Assembly: GCA_036172245.1 (NCBI GenBank)
Contig: JAYWIR010000001.1
Location: 8,370,001-8,434,000 of the forward strand
Origin: Raillietiella orientalis
Lineage: Eukaryota
Direction of reading: 5' to 3'
Length of the DNA: 64,000 nucleotides
The notes under the pieces were generated by a model that did no database searches, was not told the origin of the DNA, and saw only the letters and a list, made by a program, of their open reading frames with translations. The translations under genes were made by a program, and so were the position numbers. This document shows, piece after piece, positions 39,701 to 51,169 of this stretch (within the stretch, counting starts at the first letter, position 1; each line of letters starts with the position of its first letter).

Positions 39701-42700
39701 TGCAGCTCCTTAGTTCGTCTCTGAGGGATTGGTGATGCTTGAAGGGCGGGACTCGAGTGTGGAGAGAATTGCTGAAAGCGAAGAGAGGCGTTGAAGTGGC
39801 TCGCTGAGATGCTGCAACGAGATTTTTCCACGAAGAAAAGAAACGAACCGAGCAGCCTTCCACCAAATCCTCTTTTCAAAGGGTGGACGAACCAGCCGCA
39901 GCCACCTGTTCAACCACCTGCCTCGTGCGTGCAAAAGCGACACGCATGCGAAAACAACGGACACTGATGAAAACATGGACAAGTTGAATGCATGTTTGAT
40001 GTATGCACATAACATATTGTATAAGTTCCTTCATGTCTTGAATTAAAATGGACCATTTACTGTTGTATCTTGCTTTCCCTTTTCCCTTTACTGTTGTATC
40101 TTCCATACAGCTTTATTTCACGTTCGTAGCGTATCGTTATAATAAACTGTGTACACACTCAATGCTTTTCATACGTAAAAATGACCGCTAACATACAGGA
40201 TCGCGTCGTGTACGCAAAAGGTGCACACTTAGGTGTTTTGACGCACAACGAACACATAACGAACGACCTCCAGGAACGGAACTCCTTCCTAAATCGGGAA
40301 CTGCATGCATGGGCTTATTCTAATTGGATTAATATACAGATTTATTGGGACGCACATAGTTATTCATATTTATTGGTGCACGTGTTATTAACAGTGATAT
40401 CATTGGAGCATTTATATTGAATACGATTCAATGACATATGGTTTATTAATAAAATTAATAAGTTGTTCCTTATATTGTATATATATCTGTTAAGGATTAA
40501 AAAAAAATAAGCATATTATGTGCACTGATATGGGTGATGTCTATGTGAAAATTAATATATGAATTAATATGCATCACGAAGATTATAAAAAATAAATATA
40601 TCTGCTTATTATATACATCAGTATTTATAGATAAGGATATATATGAATATTAATATGTAGACATATGTATATGTGCGTAAATAAATGCATACATATAAAT
40701 ATGAATGTGCACATAAATATATGGAAATATAAATATGCACATATATATATATATATGTGCATATTTATATATATATATATACGTGTATAAGGACATGTAT
40801 GAATACATATAATAAGCACATATATTTATATTTATTTTTTATAATCTTCATGATATATATGAATTCATATACTAATCATTGTGTAACTATATATACGAAT
40901 ATAATAAGCATATGTATTTATTTTTATATCCTTTCAAATATATATATATGTATATATCAACAATGTAATAACATAATCAACAACTTATTAATCTAATCAA
41001 TAAAATATATGGCACTGAATCTTAATAAGTATATCTGTTGCAATAATATTACTGTTAACAAATATCAACGATCATACGTATTAAAATAAATTTGTACAGC
41101 AATCTGCACAGTAATCTGCGTGGAGTGAGCGCGCCCGTTTCTTCCTTGTGATCTTTCGGGATTTCGACGGAGCAGGATTTTGGATCAGACCCCCCGTTCC
41201 AACTGCCGCAGGAGCAGCAGGAGGACGGGGACGCCTGAGAAAAAGGCGCCCGCATCCCGCACGTGGGGGGGAGGAGCACCGCCCAGAGCAGGTGGTCCAC
41301 CGGCGAGATGGGCGCGCGCATGAGCGCGCCGCCTCCATTCGCTGCGCGCGTGACCTTTGCTCGTTCGGAAGTCAAGTTCAACAGGGAAGTTCAACAGTGG
41401 GGTCAACAGGAACGCTGGGGCGGGCTCCATCTCGGGGTGGAGACCGGAGAGTTCCCCGGTCACCTTTCTTCCGACCGGGTCGCGATGTGGGCCGCAGGTC
41501 ACCCAGGACGCTACCGTGATAGGGGGGTGGAGGGGAGGGAGAGTGGCCGGCGGGGGCCTTCGTTCGTGGCGACTGCGCGTGGCCCAGCGGCTATTCCCAC
41601 CATCCACCCCCTACCCCCACGCAGCCCGTCCAGCAGCGCTGGGAGGCGACCCCCCCTCCCCCGGGTTGGCCACTCACCTTTTCAGGCAGTGGTGGCAGTG
41701 GGTGCCGCACTTTTCGGGAAGGAGGACAGACGCATAGGCGCCCTCCACGATGAGCAGCTCTCCCACCTCAACGTCCCTGGCTGCGCAGGCGTACTTGCCC
41801 ATCTCCCGGGAGTGGAGGATCTGGATGGCGTCCGAGCGGAACCTCTCGCTCTGCGGGGGGTCTTCCGTCGCGATCCGTTCTGAGAGAGGAAGGGTGGAAC
41901 GAGAAAGTTTGTGCCGCTGGAGGACGTGGGCGAACAGGGGTCTCGCGCGCTGCGGTGGACGCCGCTGACCTCGGGAACGGTCTTGAGGAGAGGGCGAGGA
42001 GAGGGCCGAAGGGTAGGCCGAAGCCCGACAGGGATGGAGGAGTGGTTGGAAGGACCTCTTCAGGGAGAAGGACGCATGTGGGGGGTCCACTGTCGCCGCT
42101 GCCGCCTCCCTCGTGGGGAGCGCGCCTCACCGACGTCCCTTCCTGGCTGCTGGGCGTCGCCCTCGACGGACTGGAGCTTTGATTCCAGACTAGCGGTCAG
42201 GAGGTCGCGCTCGGCTTTCTCTAGGTCGCTCCGCAGCGCGCTTTCGGCCGAGTCCTGGAACGATTCGGCGGCGTCCTTCCTCATCCCGAGGCGCTTGTAG
42301 GCGATGCCCTTCCTCCTATGCAGCTTCCACAGCATGCCGGGAGGGTAGCCTCGGGCGGAGGCCTCGTTGGCGTCGTCGATGCACTCCCTGTAGTGCTCCA
42401 GGCGCAGGAGGCACGCCGACCTGTTCGCCAGGGACAAGGCCAGCTCTGGGCAGGAGGAATCTGCAAGACACGGAAGGATCCCGTCTGAGCGGTTTTCCAG
42501 GTCGGCGGCCGGAGGGTGAGTGTGGGAAGCAGGGAGGGGGAGGATGACGAGCGGCGGCGGACTCAGCGACCCCAGGCGGGGGAAGGTGTCTGTCGGCTGG
42601 GCCCCATAGCCGCCGCCGCCCCTGAGCTCTCCCTTTCCTCCCCCTTAGCTGCGCCGCCACGTTCGCTTGCGCCGGTGGGGAAGGCGAGCTCAGATCATAC

Positions 42701-45700
42701 CTCGCCTCCCCCCACCCGCCCGTCCCTTTGCTTCCGATCAAGCGTGGGGCGAAGCGTGGGTCATCAGACGGGGACTCTCGACGGAGGTGCTGACTTAACA
42801 GCCTTGCTCGCCGTTCCTCTTCCGTCCAGGAGACCGCCCAAGCGCCAGGAGTTGCCCCTAGAGAAGGGAAGACGAGAGAAGGCGTACGTCCCGCGGCCGC
42901 ACCCCGGCGAGACGATGCGCCTCCCGGTATCCAACATAGCCGCAATATCGATCGGGTCCGCAGGTTGGGACGGCCCTCTTGGTTGCCAGGAGCTGACGTC
43001 CGAGAAGAGCCGGGACCAACCGATGCGGGATGAGGATGGGGGGTTACCCGGGGGCGACGACCTCACGACCTCATGTCAGCAAACCCAGGGGAAGACGGAC
43101 AGCCCATGAAGACAGTGAGGACCTCAAATTGCAGCGAGCAGAGTAGCTCCCGGAAGGTCCTCCAGACCAACTTTCACCTGCCCATCCGCGGCACCCCGGA
43201 GCCCAAGCGCGCGCTTCTAGTACTCCAGGAATTTCACTTCCGGAGTTCCCGTCGAGCACTTTCCGATCCCGAAGTCCCTGCGTCCGCCCGTCACCCAATT
43301 CTTGCGCGGAAACGAAGCCTCGCGTTCCGATGGTGGCGCAGCTCCATCGTTCCGGACGCGCCGACGCTTCCTGGGAAGCGCATCCTCCGGCTGCAAGGGA
43401 TACAGAGAGGAGACAGCGGACGCCGCGGACCTCTTCCTGGACTCGCCTCTGACCTCCAATGTAGCTCAGGAAAGGGGAAGAGTCCCGGGAGGGCGATCGG
43501 GAATCTCGAGAGACGTCCCGATACCGAGGTCCGGTCGGAGGGTATGCCGCTGCGGAAGGCGCCGAAGAATCTGACGGAGAAGAGGAGCGAGCTCTGAACG
43601 AAGGCCTCGAGCAGCGACCCCGCGCCTCGTTGTGGGATCGTGACGGACCGGCCGCGGCCATCAGTTTTGACGCTGAAAGCTGCGCCCGCGTCGGCGGCCG
43701 TGGCTTCCGCGCGTGGCACGGAGCGTCGCGGATTCGAGATCCCGCCAGTGAGATGGCGCTCTGGTTGGCCTGCAGGCTTTGGGTGCTGCACTGGTGGAAG
43801 TTGGATCACCCCGCTGATTGGCCGGGATCGGAATCTGACTCTCCGGGGTCCTTCCAGGAAACAAGGAGACGGTTCCCCTCGGAATTTTCCTTCGGTCGTG
43901 AAAATGCAGCCTTCCCCTCTCGGAAGGCGGACTTCCCATGGCGCACCAGGGAGCTGATTGATACCCTTCTCGGGGATTGCCTCCCCAGACTGGAAGAAGC
44001 GCGCTACTCCCTTCGGGGACGGCGCCCTCCAGAGAAATCCGGAAGGGTCCCATCGGGGCCCTCTTCAGAGAAGGAAAGAGCCAAGAGCGGATCCTTTCCA
44101 GGTTCCCTGCTGGGAAGAGATGAGGAATGCCCCCCATCCGGGAAGTCCATCCGGAGAGAATAAGGAAGAGGCGGCTCCCTTCGGGGTTCCTTCCCAAGAG
44201 TAAGAGAAAAACGGACTTCCAGAGCCCCTTCTTGGATTCTTCTCCCGTGAGTGCCCAGAAGGCAGCGTATTCCAGATGACCCAGTTGCGCCGTCCGTGTG
44301 CCAAAAGTGTGAGCCGTCGTCGGCGCGAAGTCGCGTAGCAACGATCCATTCGGTCCCGGAAGGGTGAAGGGGACGAGGAGAAGAGCTGCGCTACCGAGAC
44401 GAATCCCCCATGCCGACGCGCTTCCCGTCACCGGACACTTTCCGGAATCTCGCATCTCGAGCTCCGAGAAGGCGGTCAGATCAAAGGCCAGAGAGGTCGC
44501 CGACTTCTTAGGCGGCTGCTGGCACCAAACAACCTGAAAGGGCTGAATGGACCACGAGCCGAATCCCTAGCGCCGGCAGGGGACCCTGACTGTGCGCACC
44601 GCCAGGCCGCCAGGCGTCTCACGGCCAGATGTCCGATGTCCGTTGCCCGGTGACTCTCGCAATCCAGCGGCCTTCCCGGCATCCTCCCCACGCTCCGTGG
44701 GTGCGTGACGGGAACAGCCACGTGAGCCACCACGTGGTGTTGAGTGGCTCTGACGCGCGCAGCGCTCTCCCAGTACTTCAGCGAGCAAAGAAAAGAAAAA
44801 AAAAACGGGAAGGACGCGGAAAGCAGAAATAATGATTAATGATTATGATGTTGTGCTGAGCTTCTCCATTTTGAAATAAACAATGATCAAGTAATACTGA
44901 TTATTTAATCAAGGATACATACTGTTTATTTTATAGTATTTAACGATAATATTATTTACAGAACGATTATTATAATTACCATGCAATATGTATATAATTC
45001 ATAACGATAAATATATATGGGATTTAAGACTATAAATGCATGTATAATATTATATTCAACTGTCATATATAATATTCTGTGAATACTGAGAGCTCAGTAT
45101 ATAATATTAAACAAACATTGCGTAGGATAAGCATATTTAATTAATTAGTCATTACTGTATTCATTTCGTGACCGGCGCTTTACATATTTATAATCATTCC
45201 ACTGAGAGAGACTATTTAGATGTGCTCTAATTTATGAGCAGTAGAAATCTACAGAAAAAGGATGTGCCATACCATTCCCCTCGTAGATCGTAGCCTGGCA
45301 ACACTGTCGAGAGTGCGCAGTAGGGATAGGTAGCGAACGCAACGAAAGTACACTGCATTAAAATCATTAAGCGAGGTGGAAAGTTGCTTGATCAGGAGTG
45401 TGCTTTCAATTTGCCTAGGATCCCATGCATCGAAGGATGGATTTCCTGTAGACCGCGTCCTGGAAACCTGGCAAAGCTGCGGAAACTCGCGACAAGATAG
45501 ATGTTCCAGATCTTCCTCGCTTCCCTTCTGCTGCGAAAAGGTTACCCTGCTCTCGACGCTCGAGGAGCTCGACCGGAGTCGCTCTCGCCTCGACGCAGAC
45601 GAGAGCGCCTCCGGTTCATTGAATTGGCACCGCGAGGAAGCCGACGTCGAAATAAATCCGTCGGCCACTGAGCGAACCTCCGAGAAGGAAAGTGAGCCGA

Positions 45701-46405
45701 AGGCGAAGGACGTGGCGGTTCTGGAGGAACGTCCCCTGCAGCCCAAGACGCGTAGGGATCGAGAACTTTCCTAACGGAGGTCGGGGGGTCAAAGAGCGCA
45801 CCGCCTCCAGTCGAGAAGTTTGCGGCCGCAGACGGTGGGTGGAGACACTGCACTCTCCCAGCACACGCCCCGGCACCTCCATCCGCGGGTTTGAAGAAGT
45901 GTACACGGGAAAAGCATGCAAGCACCAAGCGTGGCAACCCGTGGCAACGAGTCGCCGAGGCGGCAACCAACAAAATCAAGTGCATCCCGGTGAGACCCCT
46001 CGTATCCTGTACGTTCTGTTTACCGCACACGAGAATCGGTTTCAGCGCAACCCGCGAGAGATTACCTTCATCGAATGGAGCCTGCATGATGCTGCAGCTG
46101 TACAGACAAAGAGCTTCCTTGATCTTCCCACAAGCAAACAGCTGGTTCCCCTTGAGCCGTTTCGTCTTCGCCAGTTCTGCGGACTTCGGACGGTAGAATT
46201 CCCTGACTTGCAAGGAGTGCACTAATGGCAGGCCGTACAAGAAGGCGACCTTGTCCCTCCTGGATTTTCGAGACATGAACTGCTCCTTCTGTTCCGCCGT
46301 CATCCCCTGGGAAACGGCGACAGCGTGCTTCTTGAAGAAACCCTCGTCTTCGGACTGCAGGGTCTTCTCATTGCAGTGAGCCTTGAAGGAGTCCACTCGC
46401 AGCAT
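33791..46405 (-). CDS. SMYD4: SMYD4-like SET and MYND domain lysine methyltransferase; exons 46405-46066, 42460-42131, 41879-41678, 36216-35825, 34594-34366, 34319-33791, ~673 aa
   Basis: TPR segment (KGNQLF...ALCLYSCSIMQAP; LSLANRSACL...GYP), S-sequence GKYACAARDVEVGELLIVE, MYND finger CHHC...CDVCSGVAFCSLRC...HRYEC, SET motifs LQFNAHEI, FNHSCDP and GEMISENYG (catalytic Tyr), post-SET YWFECQCQAC. Intron phases 1,1,2,1,2 are all consistent. The start ATG is the best candidate, not proven. Confidence 0.93.
39252..40307 (+). mobile_element. Tigger/pogo-family DNA transposon, internally deleted (~1.06 kb), in SMYD4 intron 3
   Basis: TIRs CACGCAGTTCTCTATTTACGAA and (reverse complement) CATGCAGTTCCCGATTTAGGAA match 18/22. 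TA on the left flank, CA on the right. Transposase C-terminus remnants: YNIYNAVRNIADAWGHVEETNRSGVWKKL/CPQFVN, NQMELDLD...RELL, SEGLVMLEGRDSSVER, RCCNEIFHEEKKRTEQPS...FQRVD. Confidence 0.85.
40325..41105. repeat. AT-rich foldback (long imperfect inverted repeat) element
   Basis: Left and right arms are reverse complements, e.g. 40551-40612 vs 40808-40866 and 40424-40467 vs 40978-41022. A perfect 44-bp palindrome lies at 40727-40770. Confidence 0.85.
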
Positions 46406-47026
46406 CACAACAACTGCACTAAGCAGCTCGCTCCAAACATTCTGGTCCGGACGCTGGATAAAAATAGAGCGCAGAGCGACGGTGAAGGCGCGCGCGCCTC
46501 GCTCGCGACGCCGGCAGAGCCAAACACGCTGGAAGTTGCGCCGGGAGAGCGGTCGCGCAGAAATCCATTTTAAAATAGTTCGCGCATAGCCAACGCAGTC
46601 TCGCGAGCACGCGGCTTCCTTGTAACTCAAGTAGGTAGGCCCCAGAGCCAGGTGCCACGTGTATCCTTTCGTGCTGCGCCCTCCAAGGACCTCTGGAGAC
46701 GGGGAGGCTGTGCCGACTTGTTCGACGTCTTAAAAATACCTCGTAGTCCCCTGTTGCATCTCCGAGCAGCGAGCTCGCTTGATGTCCTCAGCTGCGGCTT
46801 CGCCAAGCACCCACGAAGCGTGGGGATCACTCAGCGAGAAGTGTAACCGAGTGGCGCGAAGGATGCAGCGATCGTCCCACCCTCAAGAGTCCCGCCCCAG
46901 GATCCCCCAGGCAGCGGGAATGCCCGCGCTCGTCCTGGTTCGCTGCAAGCGGCAGGCGGAGGGGCTCGCGGGAAGGAGGCTGGGAAATTCTAAGCAATCT
47001 GGAGTCTTTAGAAGACATGGATGACA

Positions 47027-47161
47027 TTCTGTTTACCGTACCATTGGTACACGAGAATCAGTTTCGACTCAACCCGCGAGAGATCACCTTCGTCGAATAG
47101 AGCCTGCACGATGCTGCAGCTGTGCAAACAAAGAGCTTCCTTGGTCCTCCCACAAGCAAAC
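47027..47161 (-). pseudogene. Duplicated fragment of the SMYD4 first-coding-exon 3' end plus donor site and intron start
   Basis: Direct diverged copy of 46014-46139. Encodes FACGRTKEALCLHSCSIVQALFDE|GT versus FACGKIKEALCLYSCSIMQAPFDE|GT. Confidence 0.9.
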
Positions 47162-47814
47162 GGCGGATGTGCAGCCAGGCCAAGTCTTGTCTACCACGGA
47201 GTGTCCTCCAGCGTGTTCGGACCAGGGACTGGACTCGTGACTCAGCACTTTCAAGATGTTCAGATCGTTTCGTGCCAGCAGTCGCCCAGGAAGGTGGTGA
47301 TTTCTCTGGCTTAGGATCTGATGTTATAGAGTCAAAAAACAACCCTTCCAGCCACATGGTCAGGAGAGGATCCGCTGAAGATCATCAGAGGCAGGCACGT
47401 GACCGTGTGTGTCTTTTCAATGCATCAGCGAGATAGGCAATCGCTCCAGACGTCTCATGGTATGCCAATCAAAAAGCCCCTGAAGAACTCCTCCACCAGG
47501 AGGATCACAAGAAGGCAGCGAAGAATCCCGAAACAAGTAGCGTGGGAATTCAGGCAGCTGCCACGTCTTGTAGTAGAACTCTTGGTGCGATCATCAAAGA
47601 TCGCTCTTAGCATCGATCCTCCAGCCCATCGTGAGTGGCCTGCTTCTCGGAAAAGTTTGCTGGTATCTGAAATCCTCAGACTGATTTCGCGCTTCCCCAT
47701 AGAGCCACTGACATTTCCGGTGCCAAAGGGGTGGTTCTCGGAGTTCCGGTGCATCGTGGGTTTCGAGTTCCCCCCGCAGGAGGACACCGGTTGACCTTTA
47801 TTAGGATGCGGCAC

Positions 47815-48480
47815 TGGTTGACACCCGGTCAAGCCGGGGGTTTATTTATAAAATAAGAATACACGTCTATGGCAGGACGTTCGATCCTGCCACGTTACTT
47901 ATAACTACGAAGAAGAACTTGCCGGGAACTGGCATTCGGACTTGCGGGGTTCGCCTCGACAGCAAAGGGGAGGGGACAAACAAAAAAGGATTTTGGGAAG
48001 GGATCTGGAGGGCATTGTGTGCTGGAGGGCGTCCTCTGCACCCTTGTAAGGATGCCGGCAAGTTCCTCTTTCAAGACTCCCAGATGGGGCCGCTCTGACG
48101 CTGTGCTCATGAAAAGGACAGCAGAATAGATGGCGTCCCTGCCGTTCTGGACTCCTCCGGCGTTACTCCATGTAGCCACGGTCCCACCGCGTGTGCAGCG
48201 CAGTGCTGCTAGGGATGGGGCTGGCATGAGGGCATCTCGCTGGAAGAGACGCTTAAGAACGTCTCTGGCGTTGCGGCTCCAAGGGTCGCGGTAAGGCGTC
48301 CCCAAAGGGGCGGAAGGCAACACAGTCCACTAGGAGGTGTGGGAGGGATTTCCGCAACCCGCATCTTGCACAGTTCGGGTCCACCCCTCCCTCCCGTGTC
48401 GAATGATGCCGGCGGGCGTTGCACGGGAGGTCTCAGTGCAGCAGCAACGCCGAGACTCCTGCCACTTCAGAGGGAGGGTG
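47815..48480 (-). mobile_element. L1/Tx1-like LINE 3' fragment, copy 2
   Basis: Homologous to copy 1 (LPLKWQ...LPC...NCARCG...VDCV; RDVLKRLF; PHLGVLKEELAGILTRVQRTP). Shares the 3' UTR motif AATAAACCCCCGGCTTGACCGGGTGTCAA. Confidence 0.75.
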
Positions 48481-48774
48481 TGGCACTGGTGGAAGCTGGA
48501 AACAGGATGTCCCGTTGACTAACCGGGATTGGAAGTTGACCTTCCAGCTGTGAAGATGGAGCCATCTAGTGCCATGGAGCTGGTGGGTTGGTGATACCTC
48601 TCCAGAGTTTCAAGTGCGCTTCACCTTCGGGGAGCGCTCGTCGGAGAAATTTGGAAGCTTCTCTTCTCCTCAGAGGAGAAACGAGGAGCGGTTCCCTCAC
48701 GGGTTCCCTACGGAGAGAATAAGAAAGACGTTATTCCCTCCGGGGTTCCCTTCGGAAACAAGCAGGATGGGTTA

Positions 48775-49200
48775 TCAATCTCCCGGGTGCGCCGGGGCAA
48801 ACGCTTATTTCATATAAAAGTTAACGTTGCAATCTCTGTGGTTAGACCGGCGCTCCAGCCACATCCTTTTCAGAACGGACTTGCCGGGTAGCTGGTATGC
48901 AAACCGATGAGGCCCTCCACGGCAGCCGGGGGGGAAGGAGCAAACAAAAAAGAAATAAAAATTAAAATAAACCTGGAGGGAGGATTGAGGGAAGGGATCT
49001 CGTCCTGATGGAGGAGGTCCTCTGCATCCTTTGGAGGATGGCGGCAAGCTCTTGTTGGATGTTCCAACTCGTTGCCGTCCTCATGAAGCAGACGGCGAAG
49101 TGGATGTGGCACGCCTATCGCTCTGTCCTCTTCTTGTGTCGCTCCAAGCAGCTACAATCTCGCGTAGGCAGCAGAGAGCTGCTAGCGAGGCTGCTTACAC
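48775..49200 (-). mobile_element. L1/Tx1-like LINE 3' fragment, copy 3
   Basis: ELAAILQRMQRTSS ORF end, T-rich tract and 3' UTR homologous to copies 1, 2, 4 and 5. Confidence 0.65.
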
Positions 49201-49559
49201 GGAGCAGGCTGCCTACAAGCAGGGTGGAGCGTTCCTTCGGGGCTCCCCTCCTGGAGTGAGAGGAACGGGTTCCTTTCTTCGGAACCCTCCCTGGATTCAT
49301 AGGGTGGTCCTCTCCCGGGGTATCCCTCAACTTGAAGAGTTACTACGCTTACCCTCGGGCCACGTGGGCAGCGTCAAAGAGCTTCGCGAGCCGACAGGCA
49401 AACGGTTCTTCAGTACTTGGCAGACCAAAAAAAGAAAATCCAAAAGAAAAAAAAAAGCTGGAAGGAAAACAGTGAAGACAGGAAAGAACCCAAAAGGATT
49501 TTCACCATCCTACTCCGTTGCCAGTTTCCCAGGAGTAAACTCCGGTCTCGTCTCTAGCC

Positions 49560-49780
49560 ACAGGCTATGCGTGACCTGTTGGATTGTCAACGGGCTGCGC
49601 GACGGCAGAAAGAGACGGGACATGGCCACTGCCACTCTGCGAGACTTCGACCTGGTGCTGCTGCAGGAGATCCACGTGATCTCCTCATAGGAAGCCCAGG
49701 AATTCGAAAGGATCGCCGTTGGCAGGCTACTCTGGCGTTGCGGCTCCCTCTACTAGTACGTGAGCCGTACGTAAGCTTCG
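49560..49780 (+). mobile_element. APE endonuclease N-terminus of an L1/Tx1-type ORF2 (fragment)
   Basis: LCVTCWIVNGLRDGRKRRDMATATLRDFDLVLLQEIH matches the (S/T)WNVNGL...KR...D+++LQETH signature. It is followed by a stop, and copy 4 begins where the fragment ends. Confidence 0.7.
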
Positions 49781-49782
49781 AC

Positions 49783-51165
49783 GTTGTCACCCGGTCACGC
49801 TGGGGCGTTTATTGTAAACAGACAACTATTGCAGTGTAAGGCCCTGCTGCGGTCAACACAACAAGGGACCTGCCGAGTCGTCGGTGCGCGGACCGACTTG
49901 ACTCCACGGCAACGGAGATGGGGGGAAAACAGAAAGAAAAATAAAACAAAATTAAAAAACAATAGTTCTCTGGAGGGTCGGGAAGGGATCACTGTCCGCT
50001 TGGTGGAGGGTCCATCCTTTGTAGGATGCCGTCGAGGTCCTTCCGCATGTTTCCCAGGTGGGGCCATCGGGTTGCTATCCGCAGGAAGCGAGCCGCATAC
50101 TCGATTACGCCCCCGTAGTTTGCATCTTCTTCTTAGTCGTATCCACTCCATACCGCCACAATACCGCGGATGCAGCAAAGCGCTGCTACGGCTGCGGCTG
50201 GCCGCAGGGTGTCCCGCACTAAGAGGAGCCGAAAAACGTCTCTGGGAGGGTTGCCATCCGGGAACCCGAGGGTCGTCCCAAAACGTTCCTAAAGGGGCCG
50301 GAGGGCAACACAGTCAACTATCAGGTGCGGGAGGGATTCCCGTTCCCCACACCTGGCACAGTTCGGATTCACTCGCCCCCGTGTCCAGTGGTGGCGGCGT
50401 GAGTTGCAGGGGAGACCCCAGTGCAACAACAGAAGCGCTGACTTCTGCCACTTTAGGGGGAGGATCCTTGTTCCGCAAATCACTGGGGGCCACTTCAGGT
50501 CATCCTTCGGGATGCTGAGCAGCTCGCTCCATCTCAGTAAATCACGCGGGAGGACACTTCGGGTCGCGGCGTCGGCCAGCTGTCCCATGGTCCAAGCGCT
50601 TAACTTCTTCGTTCTGCCCGCAATCTCGCAGGTGACCTCCCATCTCGGCGTCTGACTGGCGCCAAGTGCCCTCCTCAGGAAAAGCATCGTCGCAGAGAGG
50701 GGGGTCATCGCCCGCGTGCTCCTGGATGGACACTCCAGGACCTTCCGCAGCGAGCAGCGGGAGAGGTTGCTCAATGGCAGGCAGTTCCTTGCTTCACTTG
50801 GCAGGTTCAACATCGCCCACGTGCCAACTGTTTCTTCTAGCGATGCGCTAGATTTGGCGGGGCTACACGTCATCCAGCTGTTCTCCTTCGCCAGGGTGTC
50901 TATGCGTCCGAGAAGGAGGCCGCATCTTCCTTTCTCCTTGCCGCGGCACAGAAGATGAGACGCGAGTTCATCCTTTCCGGAGACACAGCGGGAGCGGAGG
51001 CGGGCCGGCACGCACCAAGGAGTGCTCCAAAACTTCGCTGCGATGGCCAACGGACGCAAGGGACAGTCTAATCCTGGCAAGGTGGGAAGTGGCTTGCTGC
51101 ACAGCAGCGAAGAAACTACTGGGTGCGTGGACAACTCAGCAAGTGACGAACACTGCGACCCCAAG
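49783..51165 (-). mobile_element. L1/Tx1-like LINE 3' fragment, copy 4
   Basis: ORF 50289-51164 ends ILPLKWQKSALLLLHWGLPCNSRRHHWTRGRVNPNCARCGERESLPHLIVDC (zf-RVT). 3' motif AATAAACGCCCCAGCGTGACCGGGTGACAA. Confidence 0.8.
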
Positions 51166-51169
51166 GATT

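Noticed and set aside
44830..45250. AT-rich island as another foldback-family copy
   Set aside because: Lacks the diagnostic units; only a small ATACTGAG/CTCAGTAT hairpin is present.
47815..47845. CCCGGTCAAGCCGGG as a twister ribozyme core
   Set aside because: It is antisense to the element, lacks the other twister elements, and the loop sequence is not conserved among the five copies.
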